A DNA stretch of 28,466 bases from Moniliella sp. 'wahieum' (Eukaryota). Position numbers and translations under genes: made by a program. This document shows, one piece after another, positions 26,206 to 28,466 of this stretch; positions within the stretch are counted from its first letter, which is position 1; each line of letters opens with the position of its first letter. The notes under the pieces were generated by a model. The model did no database searches and was not told where the DNA came from. It saw only the letters and a program-made list of their open reading frames with translations. The DNA lies in NCBI GenBank assembly GCA_003971905.1, contig RSEE01000025.1:744001-772466 (forward strand), given 5' to 3'.

Positions 26206-27205
26206 TCACTGCGCATCCTTATACGACGAAGCTGTACACAAAACCACGTACCAAAGTCAATGCTCCTTTCCTTCTGCTGCGGCCGTGCCGGCTCGGGCTG
26301 GATCCAAGGATCGCGCTCGACTCACCGAGATCAAGTTGCCATCGGGATCGCGCACGTAGACACTGAGGATCGGCCCGACGGCGCCCGTGCGCCGCACGGG
26401 GCCTTCGACCACGTCAATCTTTTGCTCCGCGAGGTGTTGCTGTTGGCGTTCGTACATACGTAGTGGGAGCGGGAGGGGGGTCGGTGGGTGAGCATTCACG
26501 CCGTAGGAGCGGGGAAACGAGGGGTGGAGAGGACCGACAGAGGAGTAGGAACGGGGGTGCGTACCTGCGCAGCGGCGATGCTGTCCGAGATGATAAAGCA
26601 CAAATCCTGGGATCCTGGTTGGGGCAGGGCGGCTTCTGGGGGTGCGTGAGGAGGGTGAGTGTGTGTGGCGTGGCGTTGGGCGCTCACGCACAGGGGGGGG
26701 GGACGTACTTGGTTCGCTGAGGAGCAAAGGGGGGATGAGGGAGAGAGGAGATGGAAAGAGAGCACAGAACGTGAGAAGGAAGCAAGGCCAAACGGACAAG
26801 GCCATCATCCAGTCGGGTCAATTCGTCTGTGTGCTACTACTCTGCACTGCTCGACCCTGCTCTTGGCGCGCACCGCGCTCCGCTCCGAGCACAACAGGAA
26901 GGGGTACATACAACTCGTTGCCCTTCTGGTGCAAATTGATCTTCTGCTTGCCAAACGCCAGCGCCTTGCGGCCCGGACCAAAATGGACCAGCTCCATCCC
27001 GAGGCGGGTGTAGAACGCAACGGTGCGATCAACGTCGTGGCACGTAATGACCAAATGGTCCAGGGACGCAATGGTGAATCCACGCTGCGCCGCGGCGGCG
27101 CTGGAGGGGAGCGCCGGAGCGCACGGAGGTGGTGGTGCAGGAGGGTGGATGGGGGGACGCGGGCGGCGCGGGCGGCGCTGGCGCGCACGAGCGCGGGGGC
27201 ATCAT
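26206..27205 (-). CDS. rdo1: VOC/glyoxalase-bleomycin-resistance family protein (GLOD5/STM3117-like), probable rdo1 counterpart of the itaconate cluster
   Basis: Spliced product IASLDHLVITCHDVDRTVAFYTRLGM...[37 protein letters not shown]...VVEGPVRRTGAVGPILSVYVRDPDGNLI. Exons about 27205-26912, 26716-26709, 26635-26565, 26439-26326 and 26231-26206. The family call is from motifs; the rdo1 name is inferred from position next to tad1. Confidence 0.8.
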
Positions 27206-27771
27206 GCACATGATGGTGGTGGTGGGTGCTGGACGCGGGCGCGGGATGGCCGATGTCGATGACGCTGGACCGTCGACGGTTGGGAAGCGGCAAGGCGCAG
27301 AGGGCGCTCAGGCAAAGACGTCATCGGCCGGCCCGGCGCCGATGTGCCGGGCGAGTGACTGGACGTTAGTTGGTGCGGTGTGCAGAGGCGACGAGCGATG
27401 GCTCTGCTATGCGCGGGAGCGCAGCTGCTGGCAAGCCAAGTCACCAAGTCACTAGTCAGCAATCGACGTTCGACGCAGCACTCCGACGCTGCGCCCCGCT
27501 CCTCCGTGCGCCGCCATCTCCGCCGCCGCCGCCCATCGGCGCAGCGGACGTTTTCTCTCCAAGCCGCGTGCGCCGCGTGTTCCCGCCTCCCCGGCTCCCC
27601 TTGACGCCACGATTGTGCCAGGATTGTTCCGCACGTGCTCCGGACCCATGAGCGAGGCCGTATCCCCAACCGCTATCGCCCTGTGGACGGCCCGCTGGGC
27701 CCGCCCGACTTCAGGCACCTCAAATTCCGCGCCAACCATGCGCGAGTGGGCACGATGGAACGAGGGCTGCG

Positions 27772-28028
27772 GTGCGAGTACAGCACCATGACCGGTCTCG
27801 AAAGCGCTGCTGATCGGGATCAACTATGTCGGCACCTGCGCCGACCCCACATGGTACTCGAACGACGTGGTCAACGGTCGGCACTTTCTGCTCCGTGCGG
27901 GCTTTGGCGCAGATAACACGGTCCTTACGGACCAAACCGCCGATCCGCGCGTCCGCCCCACCCTAGAGGCGAGCGACCGACAGTGGCGAGGCAATGAATC
28001 AACGATTGCATTGGTGGGCGCTTATTGA
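27772..28028 (+). pseudogene. Metacaspase (peptidase C14, Mca1-like) truncated remnant
   Basis: EYSTMTG, then after a frameshift (frame starting 27801) KALLIGINYVG...NDVVN..HFL...GF...N.VLTD...DPR.RPT. This is the start of the metacaspase catalytic domain. Similarity then ends and a stop is reached at 28026-28028 without the FHYSGHG or DSCHSG catalytic motifs. Not in the ORF track. Confidence 0.7.
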
Positions 28029-28466
28029 TAGTGGAGGCAGGGGGGAGCCCTGCTCGCGCTCGCTGGTAGCCGACTTGCCCTCCGGTCCACCCAGCTCGCT
28101 CGCAGCTCCGTTACCTTCTTCCTCGCCCAGCGCAAACTCCTCGTCAGTTCCACCAGGCAAGGGGGCCAAGGCTACCTGCGAGAAGCAGCCCTGCGCGCTG
28201 CCATCCGCGCCGATCGCCGCACCCCGGTCCCATCGACACCCCACGACCAAGACCACACCTGTCGCTCGCGCCGCTGGCGTCTTGACCGCCACAAAACGCC
28301 TCCCCCATCGACTGTAAACAGACCACGCTTCCTTGCAGATGAACCACGCGCGCTTGCCCGGGGCGCACCAGAAGCTGCAGCTGCCATTGCCGTTTTCGAT
28401 TCGCTCCGACCCGTTCGCCACGACGTCCTCTGCGCTGCATTCGACCTGCTCAGGGGGTACCCCTTT
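27999..28466 (-). CDS. Possible 3' end of an unidentified gene entering from beyond the window
   Basis: Open frame from the window edge (KGVPPEQVECSAEDVVANG...GTDEEFALGEEEG) with plausible coding composition. No family recognised. Confidence 0.25.
   Translation of the reverse strand, partial: KGVPPEQVECSAEDVVANGSERIENGNGSCSFWCAPGKRAWFICKEAWSVYSRWGRRFVAVKTPAARATGVVLVVGCRWDRGAAIGADGSAQGCFSQVALAPLPGGTDEEFALGEEEGNGAASELGGPEGKSATSEREQGSPLPPLSISAHQCNR

Overview
Eukaryotic, GC-rich fungal genomic DNA, most likely a basidiomycete of the smut lineage (Ustilaginomycotina), with GT-AG introns and CTRAC branch sites. Nearly every conserved gene, including housekeeping Hsp70 SSB, carries scattered single-base frameshifts, so this looks like an unpolished long-read sequence and exon ends are approximate. 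Gene order: Cys/Met PLP enzyme (+, 5'-truncated), acyl-CoA oxidase (-), a gene-poor lower-GC stretch with a PL14 lyase remnant, a divergent eIF4E (+), an intergenic zone rich in 7-bp repeats, an amino-acid permease (+), Hsp70 SSB (+), then itp1 (MFS, +), tad1 (trans-aconitate decarboxylase, +) and an rdo1-like VOC gene (-), followed by a metacaspase remnant. The main finding is this intron-containing itp1-tad1-rdo1 block. It matches the centre of the Ustilago maydis itaconate cluster, but adi1, mtt1, ria1 and cyp3 are not recognisable on either side. It may be a reduced or ancestral module that converts trans-aconitate to itaconate and exports it. All homology calls come from motif recognition and memory, not from database searches.
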